NCBI GenBank assembly: GCA_965659445.1
Contig: CBFHWX010000003.1
Span: 1,272-65,271 of the forward strand
Reading direction: 5' to 3'
DNA length: 64,000 nt
DNA from: Limisphaerales bacterium
Lineage (GTDB): Bacteria; Verrucomicrobiota; Verrucomicrobiia; Limisphaerales; UBA1100
Below the pieces are notes generated by a model, which saw only the letters and a list, made by a program, of their open reading frames with translations, was not told the origin of the DNA and ran no database searches. Both the position numbers and the translations under genes were made by a program. Shown here piece by piece: positions 9,195-20,289 of this stretch. Each line of letters opens with the position of its first letter. Within the stretch, counting starts at the first letter, position 1.

Positions 9195-11339
9195 TTAATA
9201 TGGGAGCGGGAAACACGTGGTCAATTCGCGGACACGCTGGCGCACTTTCTTTGCCGCGTCAACATTATTTACGTCCGTTAAGACCTCGGCGATCATGTCT
9301 GCAATTGCTTCCATTTCCTGCTCACGCATCCCACGCGTGGTGACTGCCGGCGTACCCAGCCGTATTCCACTAGCCTTGAATGGCGAAAGTGTCTCAAAGG
9401 GAATCGTATTCTTGTTCACAGTGAGACCCGCACAATCCAGCACCTCCTGACATTTCTTGCCAGTAAGTCCTTTCACCTGCACATCCACCAGCAGCAAATG
9501 ATTATCTGTACCTCCGCTGACTAGGCGAAACCCGTTACGTTCCATTCCTTCAGCCAACGCTTTTGCATTCATGATGACCTGTTGCTGATACTCCTTGAAC
9601 TCCAACGTCTGTGCTTCCTTGAGGCACACGGCCTTGGCCGCAATCACGTGCATCAACGGACCGCCTTGAATACCAGGGAAAACATTGCTATTGAGCTGCT
9701 TTGCGTACTTCTGCTTTGCCATGATCAAGCCCCCACGCGGCCCACGCAGAGTCTTATGTGTTGTGGTCGTGACAAAGTCCGCATGCGGCACTGGGTTCGG
9801 GTGACATCCAGCTGCAACCAACCCTGCGATATGCGCGATATCAGCCAACAACATTGCGCCACTTTCCCTCGCAATCTCGCCCATACGCTCAAAATCTATC
9901 ACACGTGAATACGCACTTGCGCCTACGGTGATCATCTGCGGCTTATGCTCCATTGCCAGCGCCGCAAGCTGATCATAATCAATCCGTTCATCCTCCTTTC
10001 TTACACCATAATGGACGATTTCAAAAAATTTTCCTGAGAAGTTTGCAGCGTTTCCATGCGTAAGATGACCACCGTGACTGAGATCCATTGTGAGTAGTTT
10101 GTCCCCTGGCTGGAGCACCGCAAAATACACGCCCATGTTTGCTCCACTCCCGGAATGCGGCTGCACATTCACGTATTCCACACCGAAAACCTCCTGCGCA
10201 CGTGTGATCGCAAGTTCTTCCGCCACATCCACATGCTCGCACCCGCCATACCAGCGCTTGCCGGGATAACCCTCGGCATATTTGTTGGTGAGAGTGGAGC
10301 CCTGTGCCTCCATCACAGCGGGGCTGGTAAAATTCTCACTGGCGATCAGTTCAATATTTTCCTGCTGTCGCTGTTTCTCATGGCGCAGTACTTCATCGAT
10401 ATCCGAATCCACCACTTCCACACGGTGATTGGATTCCATCTTGCCCACGCGTTTTTCATGGCGACCGCCCTCGAACTGAGCCATCACAAACGCGTCTACA
10501 ATCCCTTTCGCCGTTTCCGTGCCGGTTTGCGTAGAGCCTAAGCAGAGTACATTTGCATCATTATGCTCGCGGGTTTTGCGCGCCGTCTCGGCATCAGTCA
10601 CCAGCGCCGCGCGCACGCCCACAATCTTGTTGGCGGCCATACTCATGCCAATTCCCGTTTTGCAAATGAGCACTCCGAACGTGTGCTGTCCACTGGCCAC
10701 GCTCCGGCTCACAGCCTGGGCAAAATCCGGGTAATCGCAGGCCTCATCATTAGTGGGCCCATAATCCTGCACGGCGATTGCCTGCTCACTGAGATGTTCC
10801 TTAAGGGCTTCCTTAAGTTCAACCCCCCCGTGATCCGCGCCAATGGCGAGTGTTGTTTTTCGATCGCTTGATTCGGCCATCGATTGTTGTTCGATAAATG
10901 GAATGATCGATTCCACACCCTGCTTGATTTGGTTTCGACATGCCTTATAAATTTCCAAGTCACCTCCAATCGGGTCGGCGATATCCTTGCCACCCGTCGG
11001 CAATTTTTCCACAAACTCACGCAGCAGAAAAATCTTTTCCCGCGCCTGCGGAAAAAGTCGGATCAGATTATCCACATGACCACTGGCTAGGCCGAAAATG
11101 TAGTGCACGCCTTCCATTGTCTCCTGCGTGATCAAAGCGCTCCGCTGCGCGGAAATATCGAGCCCTATCTCCTTCATCGCCGTTACCGAGTGTGGGCTGG
11201 GTGGTTGACCATCCACCGCCGCCAAACCGGCCGACAATGACTCATAGCCTTCCCGCTCCTTTGTGAGTTCGCGGAAAAAACCCTCGGCCATCGGACTGCG
11301 GCAAATATTACCCGTGCAGACAAAGAGAATTTTTTTCAT
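9195..11339 (-). CDS. glyA: Triple fusion: low-molecular-weight protein phosphatase + ribose-5-phosphate isomerase B + serine hydroxymethyltransferase
   Basis: aa 1-150 carry the LMW-PTP signature CTGNICRS and DIADPIGG. aa 160-300 are RpiB/LacAB-like ([36 protein letters not shown]). aa 305-714 are SHMT ([31 protein letters not shown]). It is one uninterrupted 714-codon frame. Confidence 0.9.
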   Translation of the reverse strand: MKKILFVCTGNICRSPMAEGFFRELTKEREGYESLSAGLAAVDGQPPSPHSVTAMKEIGLDISAQRSALITQETMEGVHYIFGLASGHVDNLIRLFPQAREKIFLLREFVEKLPTGGKDIADPIGGDLEIYKACRNQIKQGVESIIPFIEQQSMAESSDRKTTLAIGADHGGVELKEALKEHLSEQAIAVQDYGPTNDEACDYPDFAQAVSRSVASGQHTFGVLICKTGIGMSMAANKIVGVRAALVTDAETARKTREHNDANVLCLGSTQTGTETAKGIVDAFVMAQFEGGRHEKRVGKMESNHRVEVVDSDIDEVLRHEKQRQQENIELIASENFTSPAVMEAQGSTLTNKYAEGYPGKRWYGGCEHVDVAEELAITRAQEVFGVEYVNVQPHSGSGANMGVYFAVLQPGDKLLTMDLSHGGHLTHGNAANFSGKFFEIVHYGVRKEDERIDYDQLAALAMEHKPQMITVGASAYSRVIDFERMGEIARESGAMLLADIAHIAGLVAAGCHPNPVPHADFVTTTTHKTLRGPRGGLIMAKQKYAKQLNSNVFPGIQGGPLMHVIAAKAVCLKEAQTLEFKEYQQQVIMNAKALAEGMERNGFRLVSGGTDNHLLLVDVQVKGLTGKKCQEVLDCAGLTVNKNTIPFETLSPFKASGIRLGTPAVTTRGMREQEMEAIADMIAEVLTDVNNVDAAKKVRQRVRELTTCFPLPY

Positions 11340-11369
11340 GCGCCTTAAATAGGATCGCGCGCCGGTTAC

Positions 11370-12662
11370 TCAATCCTCCAGCGCCTTGCCGGCAATATCC
11401 CCGCGAACGTGCGACCCTTCAAACTTTATTTTTCCGACGGCCGCGTATGCTGTATTTCGCGCCGCCTGCAAAGTCTCACCCAGAGCCGTTACCCCCAGCA
11501 CACGACCGCCGCTAGTGACAAGTTTATCGTCATACATCTTGGTGCCGGCGTGAAAAATTTTCACACCATCCATCGCCTCGGCTTCTTCAATTCCGGAGAT
11601 CGGACGACCTTTCTCGTAACTTCCAGGATAACCGCCCGAGGCCATCACCACGCATACGGCCGACTCAGCTTTCCAGTGTACATCCATCTCGGCCAATCGT
11701 CGGTCGATACACGCCTCAAAGAGATCGACAAGATCGGTCTCCAAGCGCATCAGATATACCTGAGTTTCAGGATCGCCCCAGCGAGTATTAAACTCCAACA
11801 CTTTCGGTCCATCCGCCGTGAGCATCAGGCCCGGATACAGGATACCACAAAAATCGATGCCTTCCGCCCGGCATCCCGTTAACCACGGGTCTACGACCGC
11901 GCGAGCCGTCGCCTGCAATTCCTCCTCGCTCAAAAAGGGAGCTGGCGAGTACGTGCCCATACCGCCCGTGTTGAGACCCTTATCTTCGTCTAAGGCGCGT
12001 TTGTGATCCTGCGACGTGGGAAACATAATGGCCGTGTGCCCGTCACACAACACGTGCAACGACATCTCCACACCCTCGAGAAATTCCTGAATCACGACTT
12101 GATTGCCCGCCTCACCAAATGCCTTGTCGATCATCACCGAGTCAATCGCTGCCTCAGCTTCCTCCTGCGATTTACAAATCAAGACACCTTTGCCCAACGC
12201 CAGCCCATCGGCCTTAACCACACAACGACCGTTGAGTTCTGCCGCAAATGCCTTGGCTGTTGTGGGGAAATCGAACGAGCCCGCCTTGGCTGTCGGAATG
12301 CCATGGCGCGCCATAAAATCCTGCGCAAAAACTTTGGAAGCTTCGAACTTTGCAGCCTCTTTGTTCGGCCCCCAAATCCGCAAGCCGTGTTCCTTAAACA
12401 AATCCACAATCCCCATTGCCAGCGGATTGTCCGGTCCCACCACTGTGAGATCTACCCGGTGCTCCCGCGCAAAGCTCGCCAGTTCCGATAAATCATCCCC
12501 GCCAATTGGCACGCACTCCACTAGTTCGCCATTCGGAGTCATCTCCCTTGCAATCCCCCCATTACCCGGCGTCACCCACAGCTTGTCCACACGCGCGCTC
12601 TGCGCCAGCTTCCATGCTAGGGCATGTTCGCGACCGCCTCCGCCGATCAATAAAACCTTCAT
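11370..12662 (-). CDS. purD: Phosphoribosylamine--glycine ligase
   Basis: MKVLLIGGGGREHALAWKL N-terminus and an ATP-grasp body. ATG 12662 overlaps the purM stop (ATGA). Confidence 0.95.
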   Translation of the reverse strand: MKVLLIGGGGREHALAWKLAQSARVDKLWVTPGNGGIAREMTPNGELVECVPIGGDDLSELASFAREHRVDLTVVGPDNPLAMGIVDLFKEHGLRIWGPNKEAAKFEASKVFAQDFMARHGIPTAKAGSFDFPTTAKAFAAELNGRCVVKADGLALGKGVLICKSQEEAEAAIDSVMIDKAFGEAGNQVVIQEFLEGVEMSLHVLCDGHTAIMFPTSQDHKRALDEDKGLNTGGMGTYSPAPFLSEEELQATARAVVDPWLTGCRAEGIDFCGILYPGLMLTADGPKVLEFNTRWGDPETQVYLMRLETDLVDLFEACIDRRLAEMDVHWKAESAVCVVMASGGYPGSYEKGRPISGIEEAEAMDGVKIFHAGTKMYDDKLVTSGGRVLGVTALGETLQAARNTAYAAVGKIKFEGSHVRGDIAGKALED

Positions 12663-13714
12663 GAAGCCAGTTTGACCTTTCCTCTCCCCCTGATCACTTC
12701 CCCAATCATCCACGCGTCATGGTGGCGCCGGCGGATACTACGTAAAATGCCATCGGCTTCCTGTTCACTGACAATCGCTGTCATCCCGATACCCATGTTG
12801 AACACTTGATGCATCTCAGTCTCCCCTACCTTACCGAACTTTTGAATCAAATCAAAAACTGGCAGCACCGGCCAAGAACCCTTTCGAATAACCACGCCAC
12901 AATGCCTCGGAAGAACTCGCGGAATATTGTCGATGAACCCGCCGCCGGTGATATGCGCGAGCCCCTTGATGACACGCGGGCGACCCGGCTTGTTGAAGCT
13001 CTTGATCAACGCCTGGACCAGCGGACCATAGCTCATGTGCACCTTGAGCAATTCATCACCCACGCGGCAGCCAAGCTCAGGAACGCGACTACGCGTCTTA
13101 AGCTTCATCTTTTCAAAGAAAACTTTGCGCGCGAGAGAGTAGCCGTTGGTGTGCAAACCGCTCGAGGCGATGCCGATCACGGCATCCCCCGGCTTTATAC
13201 CGCGTCCATCGAGCATCACAGCCTTGTCCACTACACCAACGATGGTGCCGCTGACATCGTATTCGCCCTTCTGATAAAAGCCCGGCATCTGCGCTGTCTC
13301 CCCTCCGATGAGTGCACAATTGTTTTCGGCGCAGCCTTTGGCAAAGCCGGCAATTATGGATTCAAAGACGTTGGGCTTCAGTACGCCCGTGCCGAGGTAA
13401 TCAAGGAAAAATAGCGGCTCAGCACCGAGCACGGCGATGTCGTCCACGCAATGATTCACGAGGCACTGGCCGATGGTGTCATGCCGGTTCATCGCGATGG
13501 CGATCTTCAGTTTTGTGCCTACTCCATCAACGCTGGAAACGAGCACAGGCTGCTTGTACTTGTGGGCTTTGAATCCAAAGAGCCCCCCAAAACCGCCCAC
13601 ACTGCCCAGCACCTCCGGCCGCGTAGCAGATTTGAGGAGGCGCGCAAGGCCACCCTTTACCCGATTACTCAAGCTAAGATCAACCCCTGCCTTGGCGTAT
13701 GCGGTCTTAGGCAT
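12659..13714 (-). CDS. purM: Phosphoribosylformylglycinamidine cyclo-ligase (AIR synthetase)
   Basis: AYAKAGVDL...GGFGGLF...DGVGTK motifs. The start was chosen at ATG 13714, just after the purF stop. Confidence 0.95.
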   Translation of the reverse strand: MPKTAYAKAGVDLSLSNRVKGGLARLLKSATRPEVLGSVGGFGGLFGFKAHKYKQPVLVSSVDGVGTKLKIAIAMNRHDTIGQCLVNHCVDDIAVLGAEPLFFLDYLGTGVLKPNVFESIIAGFAKGCAENNCALIGGETAQMPGFYQKGEYDVSGTIVGVVDKAVMLDGRGIKPGDAVIGIASSGLHTNGYSLARKVFFEKMKLKTRSRVPELGCRVGDELLKVHMSYGPLVQALIKSFNKPGRPRVIKGLAHITGGGFIDNIPRVLPRHCGVVIRKGSWPVLPVFDLIQKFGKVGETEMHQVFNMGIGMTAIVSEQEADGILRSIRRRHHDAWMIGEVIRGRGKVKLAS

Positions 13715-13721
13715 TGGTCGT

Positions 13722-15188
13722 TTACAACAGCTTCGGCTGCAGCTCCTCCTTGGCCAGGCTCTCACTCAGGCTTTCCACGCGAGCGCGGCGACGCTCTATG
13801 ATGTGCTTGTCTACGGCGGAGTCATATTCCACGGGGTAATCGCCGTCGTAGCAGGCCATGCAAAAATTATTGATCGGCAGTTTGGTGGCCTTAACCATAC
13901 CTTCCTGCGAAAGGTAACCAAGCGAGTCCGCATTGAGGTATTGCTGTATGTTTTCCAATGAATAATTGGCGGCCATCAGCTTGCTGCGATCAGGAAAATC
14001 GATGCCATACACACACGGGTGTTTGTGAGGCGGACAACTCACCAACACGTGCACCTCCTTCGCGCCGGCGTCCTTAAGGTTGTTGATGCGTGTTTTACAG
14101 GTGGTACCACGCACGATGGAGTCGTCGACAATAATCACGCGCTTGTCCTTCACCAATTCACTGATGAGGTTGAGCTTCACCCGTACGTCAAAATCGCGGA
14201 TGAGTTGGCTGGGCTGCAGAAAACTACGACCAACATAATGGTTACGCACAAAAGCCATCTCAAAGGGGATACCGCTTTCCGACGCGTAGCCAATAGCCGC
14301 GCAGTTTCCACTGTCGGGGATGGGTATGACCATGTCGGCCTCGATGGGATACTCGCGTGCAAGCTCCCGGCCCATGTTGACGCGTACCTTGTGGACGTTA
14401 CGGTCAGCAATGGTACTGTCGGGCCGCGCGAAATAAACGTATTCGAATATGCAGAAGGCGCGGCGTTCTTGTTCAGGAAAAATCTGCAGACTGCGCAGGC
14501 CATTTTCGTCGATGATCACCGCCTCACCAGGCTCGACGTCGCGCACATACTCGGCCTGAATGAGATCCAGCGCGCAGGTCTCGCTGGAGAGCACCCACGC
14601 ACCGTCGACTTTGCCGAGACACAGCGGCCGGAATCCGTGTGGATCGCGCACACCAATCAGCTCATTTTCCGTCATGATCACCAGCGAGTACGCACCCTCC
14701 ACGCGGCGCAGTGTCTGCACGAGATTATTTTCGCCGTCAACCGTCGGCTGGGCAAGCCAGTGCAGGATGATCTCGCTGTCAACGGTAGTTTGAAAAATTG
14801 AGCCGCGCTCCTCTAGTTCTTCGCGCAGCACGCCGGCGTTGGTGAGGTTGCCGTTGTGGGCAATAGCGATTTGCCCGCGCGCGCAGTCAACAGTGAGCGG
14901 CTGAGCATTACGCATGAGTGAGCTGCCCATGGTGGAATAGCGTGTGTGGCCCACAGCCATTTTCCCGACCAGATCATGCAGCACACTCCCCTTGAACACC
15001 TGCGACACGAGCCCCATACCCTTGTGCACTCGGAACTGTTTGCCATCGCAAGCCACGATACCGGCGCTTTCCTGACCACGATGTTGCAGTGCGTAAAGGC
15101 CGTAGTAGGAGAGCTCAGCGGCGTTTGGATGGCCGTATACGCCGAAAACACCGCAGTAATGCTTGGGGTATTTTGAGTCAGGATTCAT
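13722..15188 (-). CDS. purF: Amidophosphoribosyltransferase
   Basis: Short propeptide followed by the catalytic Cys (MNPDSKYPKHYCGVFGV). Ntn-amidotransferase and PRTase domains (VIIVDDSIVRGTT). Confidence 0.95.
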   Translation of the reverse strand: MNPDSKYPKHYCGVFGVYGHPNAAELSYYGLYALQHRGQESAGIVACDGKQFRVHKGMGLVSQVFKGSVLHDLVGKMAVGHTRYSTMGSSLMRNAQPLTVDCARGQIAIAHNGNLTNAGVLREELEERGSIFQTTVDSEIILHWLAQPTVDGENNLVQTLRRVEGAYSLVIMTENELIGVRDPHGFRPLCLGKVDGAWVLSSETCALDLIQAEYVRDVEPGEAVIIDENGLRSLQIFPEQERRAFCIFEYVYFARPDSTIADRNVHKVRVNMGRELAREYPIEADMVIPIPDSGNCAAIGYASESGIPFEMAFVRNHYVGRSFLQPSQLIRDFDVRVKLNLISELVKDKRVIIVDDSIVRGTTCKTRINNLKDAGAKEVHVLVSCPPHKHPCVYGIDFPDRSKLMAANYSLENIQQYLNADSLGYLSQEGMVKATKLPINNFCMACYDGDYPVEYDSAVDKHIIERRRARVESLSESLAKEELQPKLL

Positions 15189-15193
15189 TGCCT

Positions 15194-17497
15194 TCACGCC
15201 ATCGCGTTGCCGATGGCATTCCACCAGAGATCGTGCAAACCCGCAACATCCCATGTGTGGTTTTCAACTCGAGTTTTGATTTTCAAATCCGCACCACCCA
15301 CCAAACCAATGCACTGAGCCGGCACCCCCATGAGCTTGGCGCGTTCCATTGCCTTCACCGAATTGAGCTCCGTGGTGGTGATGATCACGCGACCTGTAGA
15401 TTCGCTAAAGAGCAAGGCATCAAGGCGTGTGTGTGTGATCTCGCTCAAATCCACTTCCGCACCGAGAAAGTAGGGAGTGTTCCGCGCCTCGAGTTTGGAA
15501 AAGCAGCACTCAGCCAAAGCCACGGCTAAGCCCCCCTCCGAACAGTCATGGGCACTCTTAATCAGATCGCTCTGAATGAGGCCCAGCAACGTGGTGGTCA
15601 GCGTACGTTCGACGTCCAGATCGCAGCGTGGTGGCCGGCCATTCTTAATGTCATGCAGTACCTGCAAATAAGCCGCACCCCCTAAACCTTCCAGCGAGTC
15701 CTTAGTATCGACGGGCGTGCCCAGCAGGATCACAACATCGTCTTCGTCCTTGAACCATTGCGTGGTCACATGCGACTCATCTTCGATCAGCCCCACCATC
15801 GCTATTGTTGGCGAGGGATCAACCGCGCCGTTGGGGTTCTGGTTGTAAAGGCTCACGTTGCCGCCGGTAACCGGCGCGTTAAAAACTTCGCAACCCTCAG
15901 TCAAGCCGCGCACTGCTTCCTTGAGCTGCCAAAATAGCTCGGGGTTGTGTGGACTGCCAAAATTCAGGTTGTCAGTAGAACCAATGGGTAGCGCACCACT
16001 GCAAGCGAGATTGCGGGCGCATTCGGCCACCACCGCCTTGGCCCCTTCAAAGGGATCGAGGTACACTTTCGCCGCATTGCAGTCCACGCTGATCGCGAGA
16101 ATTTTTTCCGGAAAGTTTTCACGATCATCAACTCCCGGAATGCTATCTGCCTTGACGCGAATCACCGCAGCATCACTGCCAGGGTTCACGATCGTGTTTG
16201 CGCGGACCATATGGTCGTACTGCCGGTACGCCCAGTTTTTCGATGCGATAGTCGGCCACTCCAAGAGTTTTTCCAGCGCTTCCTGTGGATCTTGCAAATC
16301 CTCTACCTCATCAAGTGTGAAACGATGCACATCGGATAGGTATTTGGGCTCTTTCGCTTCCCGATGGTAAACGGGGGCTTCATCAGCAAGTTTACTGGCA
16401 GGCAAATCGGCAACTTTTTTACCGTTATTCTTCACCATCATTTGCCCGGTATCAGTCACTCGCCCAATCTCCGCCCAAGGCAAATCCCATTTATCGAAAA
16501 TTCGTTTCACCTCTTCCTCGCGACCCTTCTCCACGATAATAAGCATACGCTCTTGAGATTCGCTGAGCAGAATTTCATAAGGTGTCATGCCTGGGCTTCG
16601 TTGGGGAACCTTGGCTAAATCAATCTCAATACCCGTGCCACCCCGCGCGGCGGTTTCGCAGGTAGAACAAGTCAGACCAGCCGCACCCATGTCCTGAATT
16701 CCTGCAACTGCGCCAGTCGCCAGCAGTTCCAGACACGCCTCCACACAAAGTTTTTCCATGAAGGGATCGCCCACCTGTACCGCACTACGCTGTTGCTCAG
16801 CGGATTCCTCAGTCAGGTCCTGCGAGGCAAAGGACGCTCCAGCAAGCCCATCGCGTCCAGTGGCCGGACCAACATAGAACACGGGATTGCCAATACCCTT
16901 CGCTGCACCGCGGGCAATCTGATCATGCCGCAGTACACCAAGTGCAAAGACGTTCACCAAGGGATTACCCTCAAATGATTTGTCGAAATAAACCTCGCCT
17001 CCAATAGTAGGAATACCGAAACAATTTCCGTAGTGCGCAATGCCACTGACCACTCCGCGAAAAAGCCGGCGCACGGCAGCATTGGTCAACTCGCCAAATC
17101 GCAGGGAATTGACCGCGCAAACCGGACGCGCGCCCATGGTAAAGATATCCCGGATGATACCACCTACGCCAGTAGCTGCGCCTTGAAACGGATCCACGGC
17201 GCTGGGATGATTATGGCTCTCGATCTTGAAAGAGATGGCCAGTCCGTCGCCAATATCAAGAATGCCGGCATTCTCTTCACCCGCCCCCACGAGCACGCGT
17301 GGTGACTGAGTGGGAAAGGTTTTCAACAAAGAACGCGTATTTTTATACGAGCAATGCTCACTCCACATCACACTGAATATACCAAGTTCGGTGTAATTTG
17401 GATCGCGGCCGAGCAACTCTTGAACACGGCCGTATTCCTCCGGCGTGAGGCCGTGTTCTTCAATCAACTCAGGGGTGATGGAAGGTTCGGCAGACAA
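15194..17497 (-). CDS. purL: Phosphoribosylformylglycinamidine synthase subunit PurL
   Basis: 767 aa, small-PurL architecture, with motifs SHNHPS and GNPLVNV. It is flanked by purQ and purF. Confidence 0.95.
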   Translation of the reverse strand: MSAEPSITPELIEEHGLTPEEYGRVQELLGRDPNYTELGIFSVMWSEHCSYKNTRSLLKTFPTQSPRVLVGAGEENAGILDIGDGLAISFKIESHNHPSAVDPFQGAATGVGGIIRDIFTMGARPVCAVNSLRFGELTNAAVRRLFRGVVSGIAHYGNCFGIPTIGGEVYFDKSFEGNPLVNVFALGVLRHDQIARGAAKGIGNPVFYVGPATGRDGLAGASFASQDLTEESAEQQRSAVQVGDPFMEKLCVEACLELLATGAVAGIQDMGAAGLTCSTCETAARGGTGIEIDLAKVPQRSPGMTPYEILLSESQERMLIIVEKGREEEVKRIFDKWDLPWAEIGRVTDTGQMMVKNNGKKVADLPASKLADEAPVYHREAKEPKYLSDVHRFTLDEVEDLQDPQEALEKLLEWPTIASKNWAYRQYDHMVRANTIVNPGSDAAVIRVKADSIPGVDDRENFPEKILAISVDCNAAKVYLDPFEGAKAVVAECARNLACSGALPIGSTDNLNFGSPHNPELFWQLKEAVRGLTEGCEVFNAPVTGGNVSLYNQNPNGAVDPSPTIAMVGLIEDESHVTTQWFKDEDDVVILLGTPVDTKDSLEGLGGAAYLQVLHDIKNGRPPRCDLDVERTLTTTLLGLIQSDLIKSAHDCSEGGLAVALAECCFSKLEARNTPYFLGAEVDLSEITHTRLDALLFSESTGRVIITTTELNSVKAMERAKLMGVPAQCIGLVGGADLKIKTRVENHTWDVAGLHDLWWNAIGNAMA

Positions 17498-18211
17498 CTA
17501 GGCGGGCGTCGGTTCAGGTTGCGATTTCAGGGTTTGAATGAGGCTCTCAAAAATTAGGCGGCCATCATCGGAGTCCAGCAAAGCCTCGGCGGCACGCTCG
17601 GGGTGCGGCATCATGCCCGCCACGTTACGGTCCTCGTTGCAGATACCAGCGATGTTGGCCAGTGAACCATTAGGATTGGCGTGGTCGGTTACGTCTCCCT
17701 CCGCGTCGACGTACTGGAACAAGATTTGGTCATTGGCCTCCAGTGTCTCCAGCACCTCCGCATCGCAAAAATAATTACCATCACCGTGAGCAATGGGGAT
17801 GCGCATAATTTTCCCCTCAGGCACTTGGCTCGTGAAAGGTGAATCGTATGTGGCTACTTTCAGATAAACATGTTCGCAACGAAATTGCAGTGAACGGTTG
17901 CGGATGAGCGCGCCGGGCAATAAGCCTGCTTCGCAGAGTATTTGGAAGCCATTGCATATACCGAGCACAAGACCTCCGTTTTTGGCAAATTCCTTGACGG
18001 CCTGCATCACAGGGCTGAAACGCGCAATGGATCCGGTACGAAGGTAATCACCGTAGCTGAAACCGCCCGGCACCAACACGGCATCGGCATCTCCAACGCT
18101 GCTTTCTTTATGCCACAACAAACGCGTAGAATGACCCATCACATTCTGAAGAACATGCACACAGTCCTGATCGCAGTTTGATCCCGGGAACTGGAGGACA
18201 GCGAAATTCAT
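17498..18211 (-). CDS. purQ: Phosphoribosylformylglycinamidine synthase glutaminase subunit PurQ
   Basis: Class I amidotransferase with GFSYGDY, GICNGFQ and MPHPER. Confidence 0.95.
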   Translation of the reverse strand: MNFAVLQFPGSNCDQDCVHVLQNVMGHSTRLLWHKESSVGDADAVLVPGGFSYGDYLRTGSIARFSPVMQAVKEFAKNGGLVLGICNGFQILCEAGLLPGALIRNRSLQFRCEHVYLKVATYDSPFTSQVPEGKIMRIPIAHGDGNYFCDAEVLETLEANDQILFQYVDAEGDVTDHANPNGSLANIAGICNEDRNVAGMMPHPERAAEALLDSDDGRLIFESLIQTLKSQPEPTPA

Positions 18212-18450
18212 CAGGCCTCAAACACGAGTCGATAGTCCTCAATATTTGGATTGGCGAGAAATTTATCGGCATATTTTTCGAGTTGCTCCTCAACCTCTTC
18301 CCGCTCGCCCTCCATATCAATCTCAATGTATTTGCCAATCCGCACATCCTCAACGCCGACACAACCCATTTGTTCGAGTGCCGTCCGGACTGTCTTGCCC
18401 TGCGGATCAAGCACCTCTTTCTTGGGGGTAATAATAACTTTAACCTTCAT
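18211..18450 (-). CDS. purS: Phosphoribosylformylglycinamidine synthase subunit PurS
   Basis: [18 protein letters not shown]...[10 protein letters not shown] is typical of PurS. An upstream in-frame ATG at 18465 is an alternative start. Confidence 0.9.
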   Translation of the reverse strand: MKVKVIITPKKEVLDPQGKTVRTALEQMGCVGVEDVRIGKYIEIDMEGEREEVEEQLEKYADKFLANPNIEDYRLVFEA

Positions 18451-18520
18451 GAAAGCGGACGGCATCCAGAAACCGTATTTGCCCCCCTACGGTCAAGAGA
18501 CATTTGTTTGAATTATTGAC

Positions 18521-18549
18521 AAAAAAACCGCGCACCTTTCGGCGCGCGG
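18521..18549 (-). terminator. Intrinsic terminator after the small lipoprotein gene
   Basis: On the minus strand, a 9-bp GC-rich stem (CCGCGCGCC/GGTGCGCGG, one mismatch) with a GAAA loop, followed by TTTTTTT. Confidence 0.7.
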
Positions 18550-18569
18550 CTGTGGGACATCAAGTGTAT

Positions 18570-18806
18570 TTATTCATCATCATCATCATCTGGATCTCCC
18601 TCTTCATCCTTCGACTTGGGCTTGAACTTGATTGTATCGCCATCAACGTCGGGTGGCTCTTCATTCTCGCCTTCCCCATCGTTTTTGCCTTCTTTTGCTT
18701 CTTTTTCAGCGATGCTTGGATCGTCCTTAACCCCTCCACAGCCAGAAAAGGACAACAACGCAACCACAATCACGGTCACCATGAGTTCTGTTATATTTTT
18801 TTTCAT
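18570..18806 (-). CDS. Small acidic lipoprotein (hypothetical)
   Basis: MKKNITELMVTVIVVALLSFSGC lipobox followed by an Asp/Glu/Lys-rich tail ending DDDDDE. A GTG at 18821 is an alternative start that overlaps the pseudopilin stop. Confidence 0.5.
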   Translation of the reverse strand: MKKNITELMVTVIVVALLSFSGCGGVKDDPSIAEKEAKEGKNDGEGENEEPPDVDGDTIKFKPKSKDEEGDPDDDDDE

Positions 18807-18817
18807 TGGTGTATTTC

Positions 18818-19759
18818 TCACTGGTAAGGGCGAAGGATTACCAAGCTAGGCAGGGAGGTAACCGCCGAGCCCTGATCAAAAACATCATTCGCACGTTTCA
18901 GTTGATCATTGAATTCTGAAGAACTTCCCTGAACCACTGCTCCTCCACCGGTTACCCAGTTGGATTGATCTGGAGCGTATCCAGTCATGCTGTATTGGAC
19001 ACTGCCTGAACCGTAGAACGAATTTCCGTGACCCATATGGCCACCCATACCACCCATAGGCATCTTTGACTGCATAGTCGGGCACAAGTGCGCGCGGTAG
19101 GTGTGCCAATTATATTTCATTGGATAGTGAGGATACAACCAACGAGCTTTGTCTGCGGAATAACCACCATTTTGCATGAAATAATGCATCCACATGTCAT
19201 TATGTCCCATAACATTACGGGTCAGCGACAAAACCGTGTCCTGTACATCCAGATCGCCCTGCATGGCTATCGCATAACTCTGTAAGTTGCGCGAGTGAGC
19301 CAGGTTGGTGCCTGCCTTATATTCATCAAAGTTCTTCTCCCTCTTTCGGCGTTGCCGGGCGACCACTTTCTGATCCAACGGCGAACCAAGGGTGGAATAA
19401 CCTTGGAGAGACTGACGAATGGAAAAAGCATTCAACCACCGATCACCTCGGATGGGATCAGTCCAAGTACGATAACCCACCGCATTGGCACGACGATTAT
19501 GATCACTGGTGCCCCAGATCGGTGCGAATTGTGAATCAAAATGCGGTGTGGCTCCCTCAAACTCTGAAGAGTAGGAGACATAGGCCTTTTGAACTTGGCC
19601 AAGATTATTGCCGCACTTCATACGGTTGGCCTTGTTCTTGGCCTTGGCCAAGACTGGCAACAACATGCTGGCAAGAATGCCAATAATGGCAATCACCACC
19701 AGAAGTTCGATCAAGGTGAAACCCCGATCATTTTTCGAATTAAATATTTTTTTGTTCAT
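18818..19759 (-). CDS. Prepilin-type N-terminal cleavage/methylation domain protein (PVC-type pseudopilin, DUF1559-like)
   Basis: The N-terminus GFTLIELLVVIAIIGILASMLLPVLAKAKNKANRMKCGNNLGQ is the class signature. Confidence 0.85.
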   Translation of the reverse strand: MNKKIFNSKNDRGFTLIELLVVIAIIGILASMLLPVLAKAKNKANRMKCGNNLGQVQKAYVSYSSEFEGATPHFDSQFAPIWGTSDHNRRANAVGYRTWTDPIRGDRWLNAFSIRQSLQGYSTLGSPLDQKVVARQRRKREKNFDEYKAGTNLAHSRNLQSYAIAMQGDLDVQDTVLSLTRNVMGHNDMWMHYFMQNGGYSADKARWLYPHYPMKYNWHTYRAHLCPTMQSKMPMGGMGGHMGHGNSFYGSGSVQYSMTGYAPDQSNWVTGGGAVVQGSSSEFNDQLKRANDVFDQGSAVTSLPSLVILRPYQ

Positions 19760-19883
19760 TTTAATTTTTATTTAAAGGTTCAATTAATTGATTTTAATGT
19801 GCATCGCAAATGCATCATTCCAAACCACAATCGCCATAAATTCACGGCTCAATTGTAATTTGATTGAGATTCCTAGCAGTAGA

Positions 19884-20285
19884 TTAAACCGTAGTTTTCG
19901 GAGGAGGTCTCGGCGGCATTTGCATATCACCGCCGTGAACAATGAAGATATCGTGAAGTAAGCAGCACGAAGTGCGAGTAACATCTAGTAAACTTGCTTG
20001 GACACCAAACACCGCTTCCAATGAATGAACCGGACGCACTAAAACCGTCTCCTCCCCATCAGTATTTTTCCGGTTTTCCTCAATAAACAAACACAGTGCA
20101 CAGGCATCTTGCCCCCTTATCGCTTTCTCCATGGCTTGGGAAAGGGGCATGGATTGTGCATTGCTAAGGGTCATGCCAGCCCAAGCCACCATTTGTAGTG
20201 CAGCCCATTGCAGGCTCACGGCAAGCACAGCCAACCCAAATACGATGGCTTGCACAGGACGCAAATTGACTGAGCGGTTGGTCAT
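19884..20285 (-). CDS. Hypothetical membrane protein with a CxxC motif
   Basis: One N-terminal TM (AIVFGLAVLAVSLQWAALQMVAWAG) and CALC. It lies 4 nt downstream of the preceding lipoprotein gene. Confidence 0.4.
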   Translation of the reverse strand: MTNRSVNLRPVQAIVFGLAVLAVSLQWAALQMVAWAGMTLSNAQSMPLSQAMEKAIRGQDACALCLFIEENRKNTDGEETVLVRPVHSLEAVFGVQASLLDVTRTSCCLLHDIFIVHGGDMQMPPRPPPKTTV

Positions 20286-20289
20286 CCGC

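Noticed and set aside
8784-9281. 165-aa + strand ORF spanning the rho 5' end and leader
   Set aside because: It is antisense to rho, Ser/Cys/Leu-rich, and has no start context.
12103-16370. Several 160-260-aa + strand ORFs (12103-12675, 12806-13414, 14019-14801, 15858-16370)
   Set aside because: All are antisense to unmistakable purD, purM, purF and purL frames, and none has a recognisable domain.
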